A stretch of 35,766 nt of DNA, from contig JAZDDC010000124.1 in the NCBI GenBank assembly GCA_036679565.1, positions 1 to 35,766 on the forward strand, read 5' to 3'. Every line of letters starts with the position of its first letter. Position 1 is the stretch's first letter. Position numbers and translations under genes: made by a program. The stretch comes from Gemmatimonadota bacterium (lineage in GTDB: Bacteria; Gemmatimonadota; Gemmatimonadetes; Gemmatimonadales; GWC2-71-9). Under the pieces are notes generated by a model. It did not search any database. It was not told the DNA's origin and saw only the letters and a list, made by a program, of their open reading frames with translations. Of this stretch, positions 25,924 through 34,503 are shown piece by piece.

Positions 25924-27767
25924 ACCAGGCGAGCAGCGTCCAGAATGAGGACGGGTTCTCCCTCTCCAAGTACCGTGGCTCCACCAAAAAACGGCGCCGT
26001 CCCACGAGGCATATCGAACGCCCGAGCGACAATGTCTCGTTGCCCGACGACACGATCCACCACAAGTCCGGTCCGCCGCTCACCTACCTGCACGATGATA
26101 ACCGGCTGGCGGGTTGGGCCCGTCCCATCCAACTGCACAAGATCGCGTAACCGCGAGAGCGGAACCGTGCCATGCCTCACGGTAAGCCTGTCGGTCTCGC
26201 CATCGCGAGTTGTCGAACGCGCATCGAGATCAACCGTTTCGGCCACATGTGTGAGCGGAATGGCATACCGTTCACTTCCCACCTCCGCTATCAACGCAGG
26301 CAAGATGGCCAGTGTCGGCGGAAGTCGAAGCGTAAAAACTGTGCCTCGACCTACCTCAGACTCCATATCCAACGACCCTCCAATGCTCCGGAGGCGGGTC
26401 ATGACCACATCAATCCCCACTCCACGACCGGAAAGATCCGATACACTCGAGGCGGTGGAGAAGCCAGGCTGGGCCAAAAGCTCTAAAAGCTCTTCAGTCT
26501 TCAAGTTATCGGCATTTTGGCCCGGGATCTGGCGTTCCCTGGCTTTTCTCAGGATACGGTCCCGATCGACCCCCCGGCCATCGTCCCGCACCCGAATCAC
26601 GATCATGGCCCGCTCCCGGTGCGCCGAGAGCGTAATCCGACCGGCCGCCGGTTTTCCGCTGGCCACCCGTTCTTCAGGTGTTTCAATGCCGTGGTCTATG
26701 GCATTCCGCAATAGATGTAGCAACGGATCGCTCAGCTCATCCAGAATCGCGCGGTCCAACTCGATCTCACGACCCTCAATAGCGAGGACCACTTGCTTCC
26801 CATGCTCACGGGCGGCATCCCTGACACCACGCGGGAACCTGTCAAAAACCTGAGACACAGGCGCCATGCGAGCCTGAATAACTTCGTGTTGGAGCCCCTC
26901 GACCAGGTGCGAAACCTTCCGAGTCATGGCCTCCAACGTGGGATCAGAACGTCCTGCGGCCAACTCAATCAACCCGGCTTTGGCGGTCGTGAGTTCTCCC
27001 ACGAGCTTCATAATCGCGTCCAGCCGCCGCAGATCGACCCGCACGTGACGAGCGGCGGTCGACTCCTTGGTATCCGTTCCCGCTTCGGCAATCGTCACCG
27101 ACTCGACGTCGCCGGCTCCCCTGATCAACTCCTCGATTTCCAGGTCTGACTGATCGGTCTGTAGTCCAAAGCTGAACCGACCGTCAAAGGCCTGTGTCTC
27201 CATGGATGTCTGTGGCGGAGAAACCGCCAGGACGTTTCCGAGTGCAGCCACACGCTGAAGCACCAGGGCCGCACGGGCCCCCCGTAACAACGCGTCCCTT
27301 CGGATCCGGACTTCCAGACGACGGGTGCCGGCTGGGGCCGTGGGTGGCGATTCCGGTGGTTGACTTTCCGTTTCCGCGTCCACCGGTTGGAACGAACCGG
27401 CAAAACTGTCGAGCGGGGCGATGGCCTGGTTTACATCAGTGGATTCGCGACCGTTTACGGCATCATCGATGGATTGCTCAAGTCGGTCCGCCGATTGGAA
27501 CAAAAGCTGAAGCAATTCCTGATCTGGCGGATCGGGAGACGCCCGCACCAGATCGAGCACATTCTCAATGGCATGAGACAAGCGCGCGACGCCACTGAAC
27601 CCCATGGTGGCAGACATGCCCTTGAGATTGTGGACCGCGCGGAAGATGGCATCGACGGACCCCGTGGCGTCAGGTCGCCCTTCCAGCACGAGGAGCTGAT
27701 TGTTGATGACCGCGAGATGTTCGCGGCTCTCGTCGAGAAAAAGATCCGCGTACTTCGCGGGGTCCAT
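25920..27767 (-). CDS. cheA: Chemotaxis histidine kinase CheA
   Basis: 615 aa. Hpt/P1 with the phospho-His context IFRAVHNLKGMSATMGF, a dimerisation region (RVDLRRLDAIMKLVGEL), an HATPase N-box HLLRNAIDHGIE, G1 DDGRGVD, G2 GRGVGIDVV, and a C-terminal CheW-like P5 domain. Confidence 0.95.
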   Translation of the reverse strand: MDPAKYADLFLDESREHLAVINNQLLVLEGRPDATGSVDAIFRAVHNLKGMSATMGFSGVARLSHAIENVLDLVRASPDPPDQELLQLLFQSADRLEQSIDDAVNGRESTDVNQAIAPLDSFAGSFQPVDAETESQPPESPPTAPAGTRRLEVRIRRDALLRGARAALVLQRVAALGNVLAVSPPQTSMETQAFDGRFSFGLQTDQSDLEIEELIRGAGDVESVTIAEAGTDTKESTAARHVRVDLRRLDAIMKLVGELTTAKAGLIELAAGRSDPTLEAMTRKVSHLVEGLQHEVIQARMAPVSQVFDRFPRGVRDAAREHGKQVVLAIEGREIELDRAILDELSDPLLHLLRNAIDHGIETPEERVASGKPAAGRITLSAHRERAMIVIRVRDDGRGVDRDRILRKARERQIPGQNADNLKTEELLELLAQPGFSTASSVSDLSGRGVGIDVVMTRLRSIGGSLDMESEVGRGTVFTLRLPPTLAILPALIAEVGSERYAIPLTHVAETVDLDARSTTRDGETDRLTVRHGTVPLSRLRDLVQLDGTGPTRQPVIIVQVGERRTGLVVDRVVGQRDIVARAFDMPRGTAPFFGGATVLGEGEPVLILDAARLV

Positions 27768-27769
27768 CG

Positions 27770-28132
27770 TTACGCGAGAACTCGCTGTACCGCTTCGAGC
27801 ACACGCGACGGTTGAAACGGCTTGACCACGAAATCCTTCGCACCAGCCTGGATGGCTTCAACCACCAGCGCCTGTTGGCCCATCGCGCTACACATGAGCA
27901 CCCGCGCGGACGGATCGATTTTCACGATCTCACGGACCGCATCAATCCCACCCATGTCGGGCATCACAATGTCCATTGTCACGAGGTCGGGCTTCAGCTC
28001 CGTGAATCGGTCGACGGCCTCCACACCGGTCTCGGCCTCTCCAATCACGTCGTAATCCGCCTGCCTCAGAATATCGCCAATCATGGTTCGCATGAAGATG
28101 GCGTCGTCACACACAAGAACGGTTTGGCTCAC
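27770..28132 (-). CDS. cheY: Single-domain response regulator CheY
   Basis: 120 aa. Acidic pocket VCDDA, phospho-acceptor VTMDIVMPDM, and conserved S/T (CSAMG) and K (VVKPF). GAGGAGG lies 4 nt upstream of the GTG start, which overlaps the cheW stop (GTGA). Confidence 0.95.
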   Translation of the reverse strand: MSQTVLVCDDAIFMRTMIGDILRQADYDVIGEAETGVEAVDRFTELKPDLVTMDIVMPDMGGIDAVREIVKIDPSARVLMCSAMGQQALVVEAIQAGAKDFVVKPFQPSRVLEAVQRVLA

Positions 28133-28560
28133 ACCACCTCCTCAGATGGCATCACGGCTGTTGACAATACTACTGGGTCCAAAACAGCGAAGGAGACCTC
28201 GTGATGGACGCCGATCCCACTTACAAACGGCGACCGGATTCCCGGTAAAGCCGCTCGCGGCGAAAAATCACCCTCACCAACCGTCACCATGTCCACCACC
28301 TCATCCACAGCCAGCCCAAACCGGTGTCGGTCCGCTTCCAGTAGCACAATGGAGTATCGGTCAGTGCTAGTGTTCTGCTGAAGAGCGGCACGTGCGTCTA
28401 TCAGTGTCATGAGTTCGCCACGGACGCTGACCAATCCACGCACGGGGGGGTTGGCCCCTGGAATACGGGTCACGGGCAGCACCGGCAAGACCTCCCGCAC
28501 GCAGTTCACCGGTACCGCGCACGTCAGTTCATCAACTTTGAAAACAAGAAACCGCGCGAT
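28129..28560 (-). CDS. cheW: CheW coupling protein (5' end uncertain)
   Basis: The ORF-track start (GTG at 28509) truncates the domain. The same frame upstream reads IARFLVFKVDELTCAVPV-NCVREVLPVLPVTRIPGANPPVRGLVSVRGELMTLID, which is the canonical CheW N-terminal strands. There is no ATG, GTG or TTG between the in-frame TAATAG at 28573..28578 and 28509. I placed the 5' boundary at the ATC at 28560 as a candidate non-canonical start. Confidence 0.8.
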   Translation of the reverse strand: MARFLVFKVDELTCAVPVNCVREVLPVLPVTRIPGANPPVRGLVSVRGELMTLIDARAALQQNTSTDRYSIVLLEADRHRFGLAVDEVVDMVTVGEGDFSPRAALPGIRSPFVSGIGVHHEVSFAVLDPVVLSTAVMPSEEVV

Positions 28561-28575
28561 GGAAAACGCTGCCTA

Positions 28576-29583
28576 TTACTGGAAAAAGCCAAGATACTCG
28601 AGGGCCGAACGGCCAGCAACGACATGGTCCGGGGCCATCACGTCCGTGAGGGCAGGCAGGAGGTCCTCCGGCCAATCGGCGCGGCAGTCAATAACCTCGC
28701 CCGATACCGGATGATTGAACCGGAGCGCGGCGGCGTGGAGGGCCTGACGTGGCGTTTTGGCTTCCATGCGGGTCGCGGCAACGCGCCGGGCCGGGCCGAC
28801 CCGGCGGGCGCCTCCTCCCCCGTATACCCGATCGCCCACAATTGGATGACCCACATGCGCGAGGTGGACACGAATTTGATGGGTACGACCTGTTTCCAGC
28901 GTGACACGGAGGAGGTCACAGTCCTCGAATCGGGCGAACCGATAAACGATGGTCCGAGCCCGCCGGCCGGTCGCGAGGACGGTCATACGTTTTCGATCCG
29001 TGGGATGCCGCGCAACGGGGGCATCAATCGTTTCCTCATCATGCTTGAGGTGCCCCCAACTCAGGGCCGCATAGATGCGTTGGACATCATGTTTGGCCAG
29101 ATCCCGTGCCAACCGCTGGTGCGCCTGAGTCGTTTTTGCCACAATCAAGAGGCCGGATGTATCCCGATCCAAACGATGAACTATTCCGGGACGTCCGGTC
29201 GAGAGCTTCGAAAGCTCTGTACCTCGAGCAACCAACGCGTTGACAAGTGTGTCATCCCAATGTCCAGGAGCAGGGTGCACCACCAACCCGGCGGGTTTGT
29301 CAATCACCATCAAGTGCTCATCCTCGTAAACTACGTCGAGGTCGATTTGCTTGGGCCGCAACTGTCTCAAGGATGTGATTCGTGGAGGTGCCACAGAAAC
29401 GGTATCGCCACGCACCAAACGGCGACTCGCTCGCCCAACTTTGCCGTTAACCGTAACGACGCCTTCCGCCACAAGACGACCGGTCTGGCTTCGGGAATAT
29501 TCGAGTTGATCCGCAAGAAACCGATCGAGGCGTTCCGTACGGTCAACGGTGACTTGGAACGTCCGTTCCACGCTGCTGGACAC
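28576..29583 (-). CDS. rluD: 23S rRNA pseudouridine synthase, RluD/RluA family (S4 domain plus catalytic domain)
   Basis: 335 aa. N-terminal S4-like RLDRFLADQL..SRSQTGRLVAEGVVTVNG and catalytic motif HRLDRDTSGLLIVAKT. Located downstream of lspA, as in many bacteria. Confidence 0.92.
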   Translation of the reverse strand: MSSSVERTFQVTVDRTERLDRFLADQLEYSRSQTGRLVAEGVVTVNGKVGRASRRLVRGDTVSVAPPRITSLRQLRPKQIDLDVVYEDEHLMVIDKPAGLVVHPAPGHWDDTLVNALVARGTELSKLSTGRPGIVHRLDRDTSGLLIVAKTTQAHQRLARDLAKHDVQRIYAALSWGHLKHDEETIDAPVARHPTDRKRMTVLATGRRARTIVYRFARFEDCDLLRVTLETGRTHQIRVHLAHVGHPIVGDRVYGGGGARRVGPARRVAATRMEAKTPRQALHAAALRFNHPVSGEVIDCRADWPEDLLPALTDVMAPDHVVAGRSALEYLGFFQ

Positions 29584-29588
29584 GTTAC

Positions 29589-30098
29589 TTACCGCGCCGC
29601 GGGTGCGGTATCCGAAACTCCGTGGCTTCCTTCATTCCAAAGGATGACCGCAAGGGTAACTGCTCCGCAACTCACAGCGACGTCCGCGACGTTGAACGTA
29701 GGCCACCGATACGAACCAACGCCGATGTCGATGAAATCAACGACGCCACGAGCACTGCGAACACGATCGACGAGATTGCCCACAGCACCGCCACATACCA
29801 GTCCGAGGGAGAACAAACGTAATTTTTCTGCAGGTGGAGTCTGTACCATCATGGCACCAAGCACAACTAGCGCCACAGCCGCCAACACACCGAACACCAA
29901 TCGTGACTGCGGACCTACATGGATACCAAAGGCCGCGCCGGTATTGTAAACCAACTGGAGCGTCACCCAATCACCGACCACGGGGATCGGGAAACGGGTG
30001 AGTTTGGCAACGGCAATGGCCTTGGTCACGAAATCGACAGCAACGACAGTGGCCAAGATATACCAGAAGACGCGTCTGTTACCGACGCTGTTTTTCAT
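29589..30098 (-). CDS. lspA: Lipoprotein signal peptidase II LspA
   Basis: I chose the ATG at 30098 (MKNSVGNRRVFWYILATVVAVDFVTK...). Conserved YNTGAAFG and WPTFNVADVAVSCG motifs carry the catalytic Asp residues. The ORF-track N-terminal extension overlaps the upstream gene by ~120 nt. Confidence 0.9.
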   Translation of the reverse strand: MKNSVGNRRVFWYILATVVAVDFVTKAIAVAKLTRFPIPVVGDWVTLQLVYNTGAAFGIHVGPQSRLVFGVLAAVALVVLGAMMVQTPPAEKLRLFSLGLVCGGAVGNLVDRVRSARGVVDFIDIGVGSYRWPTFNVADVAVSCGAVTLAVILWNEGSHGVSDTAPAAR

Positions 30099-30465
30099 CT
30101 TCTTCCTTGGCCTTGCACTTGATGCAAAGACGCGCGTGCGGCAACGCGTCCAACCGATCGAAATCGATTGCATCCTCACATTCGTGACATTTCCCAAAAT
30201 CTTTGGGTTTTTTGTACAAGCGTCGCAGCGCTTCGTTCACATGCCAGAGGTATCGGCCCTCCTGCGACGCGAACAGGAACTGTTTTTCCCGTTCCATGGC
30301 GTCCGTACCCTGGTCGGCCATATGAAATGAATACGAGGACGGGTCGCCCTCGGCGCCCTCCAAGGTGGACGCGAACTGCTTGTCGTAATGACCGAGTTCT
30401 TTCATGACGCGACCACGCTCCTCGAGCAATCTTTTTTCAAGGTGCGTCAGCTGCTTTTTGTTCAT
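30079..30465 (-). CDS. DksA/TraR-family C4 zinc-finger protein (YlyA-like position)
   Basis: 128 aa. Coiled-coil N-terminus and the C4 finger CHECEDAIDFDRLDALPHARLCIKCK. It sits between ileS and lspA, as does Bacillus subtilis ylyA. Confidence 0.85.
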   Translation of the reverse strand: MNKKQLTHLEKRLLEERGRVMKELGHYDKQFASTLEGAEGDPSSYSFHMADQGTDAMEREKQFLFASQEGRYLWHVNEALRRLYKKPKDFGKCHECEDAIDFDRLDALPHARLCIKCKAKEEDEKQRR

Positions 30466-30514
30466 TCGTCGTCATCCCTGATCGAAGGTCCCATGAGGCC
30501 GTCGCGGTTAGTGC

Positions 30515-33500
30515 TCAAAAACGCGCCATCGATACAACGACGGCCTCCCCATCTATCTCCACCGGCCGGGACAGGTCCGCGGCCAGCGCTTCGGTACCGA
30601 TATGCAACTGGCGCGCCAATGTCTCGCGGGCGATGTAGTCCTTATGCGCTTCCACCGCTTCTAACACCACGGCCGAGCCCGTCAGGCCCAACGTGATACG
30701 TGTGGTGAACGTGTACCCCGCTTCTTTGCGGAGCTTTTGAATTCGGTTCACGACCTCTCTCGCCAAGCCTTCCATCCGGAGGGCACTCGAAATGGCCGGA
30801 TTGAGCGCGATGACAAAGGGCCCTTCGCTTTGCACGACCCAATCCGACTTTACCTGCCGCACCACGACAATATCCTCAGGCCTGTATGCAATCCGCGTTC
30901 CGTCAAGATCAATTGTCGCAGATTGGCCTTCTTCTAACCCGCGCAACTGTTCAGCCGTGAGATGTTTGGCCGCGGCCGCCACAACAGGAGTCTTGGACCC
31001 GTACACCTTGCCCAGAGATCGGAAGTTTGGCTTTGCGGCAAGCGAGACCAGATCAGCATCAGACTCGACGACTTTGATCTCTTTGACGTTCACTTCACGT
31101 CGCAACAGGTCGAGACACGCTTCCAGATCCCGCCCGCGATAAGACGCCGGAACCGCAACATGCATGGCCGCCAGCGGCTGGCGACCGCGGATGCTGGCCG
31201 ACTCCCTGGCTGTACGCGCCAAACCAACGAGCTTGCGCGCAACGGCCATGGAATCGTTCAGCACCGGATCCAAAAGCCCTGTGGTTTCCGGAAAACCAGC
31301 CAAATGCACTGACGTCCCCGTAAGACGACGATGGATCACATCAGCCATGAACGGCGCCGCCGGCGCCAAGAGACGAGCGAAGGTAACGAGGGTTTCGAAC
31401 AGGGTGTCCAGGGCTTCGGGATCCGCGCGACTGTCCGGCGCCCAGAACCGGGTCCGATTCAAACGTACGTACCAGTTCGAAAGATCTACATCGCAGAATT
31501 CAATCAGCTTACGTACACCAATCCGCACGTCATACCCGGCCCACGCCTCATGCACCTCGCCCACGAGTTGGTCCAACCGGCTGAGTAACCATCGATCGAT
31601 GAAGTGCGAGCGTGTGGCACGTTCTCCGGCCTTGGGTTCCCAATCCTGCGCGTAGTTGGCAAAGAAGTTGAAGACATTCTTCAACTGATTCAGGAAACCA
31701 ACAGCCATCTCGGGAATTGCATTCTTGTCAAAACGCTTCGGTAACCCCACCTGACCGGACCCCACGAGGTACAATCGCAGGGCATCAGCACCGAACTCTT
31801 CTATGACACCCCATGGATCGACGACGTTACCAACATGCTTCGACATTTTTTGGCCGGCGGCATCGAGCAGCAAGCCGTTGACGATCACATTACGATACGC
31901 GGATTGATCGACGACACCGGCCGCAATGGCAATCAGAGAATAAAACCAACCCCGCGTCTGATCGAGCGCCTCGCATATGTAGTCTGCCGGGAAATGCGCG
32001 TTGAATTCATCCTTGTTTTCGAACGGATAGTGCCATTGTGCAAACGGCATGGCGCCGGAGTCGAACCATGCGTCAATGACTTCAGGCACCCGGCGCATCT
32101 TTCCGGTGCATTGATCGCAGTCCAACAATACGTCGTCGATAAACGGACGGTGTGGGTCAAATTCCTTGTCGATCTGCAGACCGGACTTCTCCGCCAGCAT
32201 TTCGTAGGAACCGACAACGGTTTTGTGTTCGTGATCTTCCTGGCACACCCAAACAGGGAGAGGTGTTCCCCAATACCGGTCCCTCGACAACGCCCAATCA
32301 ACATTGTTCTCGAGCCATTCACCAAACCGCCGTTCGCCTACTTCGGGCGGTTGCCAATGCACCTCTTTGTTGAAGGCAACCATCTGCTCTCGGAAAGCAG
32401 TTGTTCGAACGAACCATGACCGACGAGCATAGTAGATGAGCGGCGAGTGGCAACGCCAGCAAAAGGGGTAAGTGTGTTCGTACCCTTTTGGTTGGTACTT
32501 CCCAAAGAGTTTACCCTCGTGTTCCAACCGCTCGGCAATTAATGGGTTTGCTTCAAAGACGGTCTTGCCGTTAATCTCGGCCCAAGCGGTCTTGCCAAAC
32601 CGACCAGCCTCATCCACAGGATTGACAAAGGCCATACCCTCACGCCGAATCACCTCATAATCATCCGCACCAAATGCCGGTGCCAAGTGTACGAGTCCTG
32701 TTCCGTCCTCGCGTGTCACAAAGTCCCCTGCTACAACACGGAACGCAGAGTCCTTTGGTACATCGACGGCGTCGAGTAACTGCGTGTACTTCCAACCAAT
32801 CAACTCACGGCCAGACCAGATTCGAAGGACGGGGCGGCTTCCGAGCGGTTCGCCATCCAGAACACCCGGTACCGTTTTCGACTCGGCAATGGTGCGCTCG
32901 ACGATGAGACCCGTGCCGTCAACATCGAGTTCCACGTATTCGAAGTCGGGATTGACCGCGACGGCAATGTTTGACGGAAGCGTCCACGGCGTCGTGGTCC
33001 ACACCAACAGAGCACGACTAACATTGTCCCCAACCGGGGATATGACGGGAAACTTTACATGAATCGAGGGGCTGCGGTGATCTGCGTAACCCTGCGCAAG
33101 CTCGTGGCTCGACAACGCCGTGCCACACCGTGTGCAGTACGGGAGGACTTTGCGCCCTTCGTACAAGAAGTCTTTTTTCCACAGCTCCGCTAACAGCCAC
33201 CACACGGACTCGATGTAATCGTTGGTATAGGTGACATACGGACGATCGTAGTCAAGCCAATACGCAGTTCGGTTAGACAGCGCCTCCCAATCTGCCTTGT
33301 ACCGAAGAACACTTTCGCGACAACGTCTGTTGAATTCGGCAATGCCCAGCGCTTCGATGTCGGCCTTACCACTGATGCCGAGTTCCTTCTCGACCGAGAT
33401 CTCCACGGGCAAACCGTGGGTATCCCAGCCAGCGATGCGCGTAACCTGTCGCCCACACATGGTCCGATACCGGCAAATGAGATCCTTGATGGTTCGGGAA

Positions 33501-33679
33501 AACACATGGTGAATACCGGGTTTCCCGTTTGCCGTTGGAGGACCCTCGTAAAACACAAAAGGCTCTCCATCCGCCGTGGCGCGCACGGTCTGATGGAACA
33601 GGCCTTCGTCCTCCCACTGTTGCAACGTTTCCTTTTCGAGTGAATCTGCGTCAACCAACGGGATAGGTTCGTACGTCAT
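30515..33679 (-). CDS. ileS: Isoleucine--tRNA ligase, long (type-2-like) form
   Basis: 1054 aa. Class I signature PPTANGKPGIHHVFSRTIKD (HIGH region) and KMSKHVGN (KMSKS), with a CP1 editing insertion. The length and the C-terminus without Zn-ribbon cysteines resemble type-2 IleRS. Confidence 0.96.
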   Translation of the reverse strand: MTYEPIPLVDADSLEKETLQQWEDEGLFHQTVRATADGEPFVFYEGPPTANGKPGIHHVFSRTIKDLICRYRTMCGRQVTRIAGWDTHGLPVEISVEKELGISGKADIEALGIAEFNRRCRESVLRYKADWEALSNRTAYWLDYDRPYVTYTNDYIESVWWLLAELWKKDFLYEGRKVLPYCTRCGTALSSHELAQGYADHRSPSIHVKFPVISPVGDNVSRALLVWTTTPWTLPSNIAVAVNPDFEYVELDVDGTGLIVERTIAESKTVPGVLDGEPLGSRPVLRIWSGRELIGWKYTQLLDAVDVPKDSAFRVVAGDFVTREDGTGLVHLAPAFGADDYEVIRREGMAFVNPVDEAGRFGKTAWAEINGKTVFEANPLIAERLEHEGKLFGKYQPKGYEHTYPFCWRCHSPLIYYARRSWFVRTTAFREQMVAFNKEVHWQPPEVGERRFGEWLENNVDWALSRDRYWGTPLPVWVCQEDHEHKTVVGSYEMLAEKSGLQIDKEFDPHRPFIDDVLLDCDQCTGKMRRVPEVIDAWFDSGAMPFAQWHYPFENKDEFNAHFPADYICEALDQTRGWFYSLIAIAAGVVDQSAYRNVIVNGLLLDAAGQKMSKHVGNVVDPWGVIEEFGADALRLYLVGSGQVGLPKRFDKNAIPEMAVGFLNQLKNVFNFFANYAQDWEPKAGERATRSHFIDRWLLSRLDQLVGEVHEAWAGYDVRIGVRKLIEFCDVDLSNWYVRLNRTRFWAPDSRADPEALDTLFETLVTFARLLAPAAPFMADVIHRRLTGTSVHLAGFPETTGLLDPVLNDSMAVARKLVGLARTARESASIRGRQPLAAMHVAVPASYRGRDLEACLDLLRREVNVKEIKVVESDADLVSLAAKPNFRSLGKVYGSKTPVVAAAAKHLTAEQLRGLEEGQSATIDLDGTRIAYRPEDIVVVRQVKSDWVVQSEGPFVIALNPAISSALRMEGLAREVVNRIQKLRKEAGYTFTTRITLGLTGSAVVLEAVEAHKDYIARETLARQLHIGTEALAADLSRPVEIDGEAVVVSMARF

Positions 33680-34501
33680 TCAGGGAAGTTGCTCCAACAC
33701 AGACGCTATCAAGGACGTGAGTTGTGGCTCTGCTTTGGCCGCAGTCGCAATGATTCTTTCAATGTCCACCGGTTCGAGCGCATCCGGCAGACAAGCGTCG
33801 GTGATAAGGGAGATACCAAGCACACGCATCCCCGCATGTATTGCAGCGATGACTTCCGGAACCGTGGACATGCCAACAACGTCGGCCCCGATACCACGCA
33901 GAAATCTATATTCGGCGGGGGTTTCTAAGTTGGGACCGGTGACCGCTACGTACACACCCTCGTGCAGCACGATGGCATCTCGACGGGCCGTGGCTTTAGC
34001 CACGGACCGCAATTCGACATCATACGGTTCGGACATATCAGGGAACCGTGGACCGATGGTTTCATCATTGGGGCCGATCAGGGGACTGTCGCCAAGCAAA
34101 TTGATGTGGTCGGCAATGAGCATCAACTCGCCCGGTTGCCACAGTGGATTCATCCCACCACAGGCATTGGACACAATGAGAGTCTTAGCACCGAGCGCAC
34201 GCATGACACGAATGGGAAACACGATCTGTTGCATCGAATAACCTTCGTATCGATGAAACCGGCCTTGCATGGCCACAACTTTTTTCCCACCCAACCGACC
34301 AAACAAAAGCCTACCGGCGTGGCTTTCCACGGTCGAGAGCGGGAAGCCGGGCACTTGGTCGTACGGGATCTCAGCGACCGTATCGATCTCATCGACAAGA
34401 CCACCCAGACCAGTACCCAGCACAATGCCGAAGTCAGGAACCCAATCCGTTTGGCCGCGTACCGCATGCGTGGCGTTTTTGATTTCTTCGGCGAGGGTCA
34501 T
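33680..34501 (-). CDS. punA: Purine nucleoside phosphorylase (trimeric PNP/MTAP family)
   Basis: 273 aa. GIVLGTGLGGL, ESHAGRLLFGRLGGKKVVAMQGRFHRYEGY, LIVSNACGGMNP and GMSTVPEVI are characteristic PunA-type PNP motifs. Its stop directly abuts the ileS ATG. Confidence 0.88.
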   Translation of the reverse strand: MTLAEEIKNATHAVRGQTDWVPDFGIVLGTGLGGLVDEIDTVAEIPYDQVPGFPLSTVESHAGRLLFGRLGGKKVVAMQGRFHRYEGYSMQQIVFPIRVMRALGAKTLIVSNACGGMNPLWQPGELMLIADHINLLGDSPLIGPNDETIGPRFPDMSEPYDVELRSVAKATARRDAIVLHEGVYVAVTGPNLETPAEYRFLRGIGADVVGMSTVPEVIAAIHAGMRVLGISLITDACLPDALEPVDIERIIATAAKAEPQLTSLIASVLEQLP

Positions 34502-34503
34502 GT

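Noticed and set aside
25783-26853. 356-aa plus-strand ORF, the longest on the plus strand in this region
   Set aside because: It lies entirely antisense to cheA and the cheC 5' end, both of which have unambiguous homology. The translation is Ser/Arg/Pro/Thr-rich and low-complexity with no recognisable motif. This is a typical shadow ORF of GC-rich coding DNA.
28624-29949. 441-aa plus-strand ORF
   Set aside because: It is antisense to rluD and lspA, both of which carry catalytic motifs. The product is Arg/Pro/Gly-rich with no domain signature, so this is a shadow ORF.
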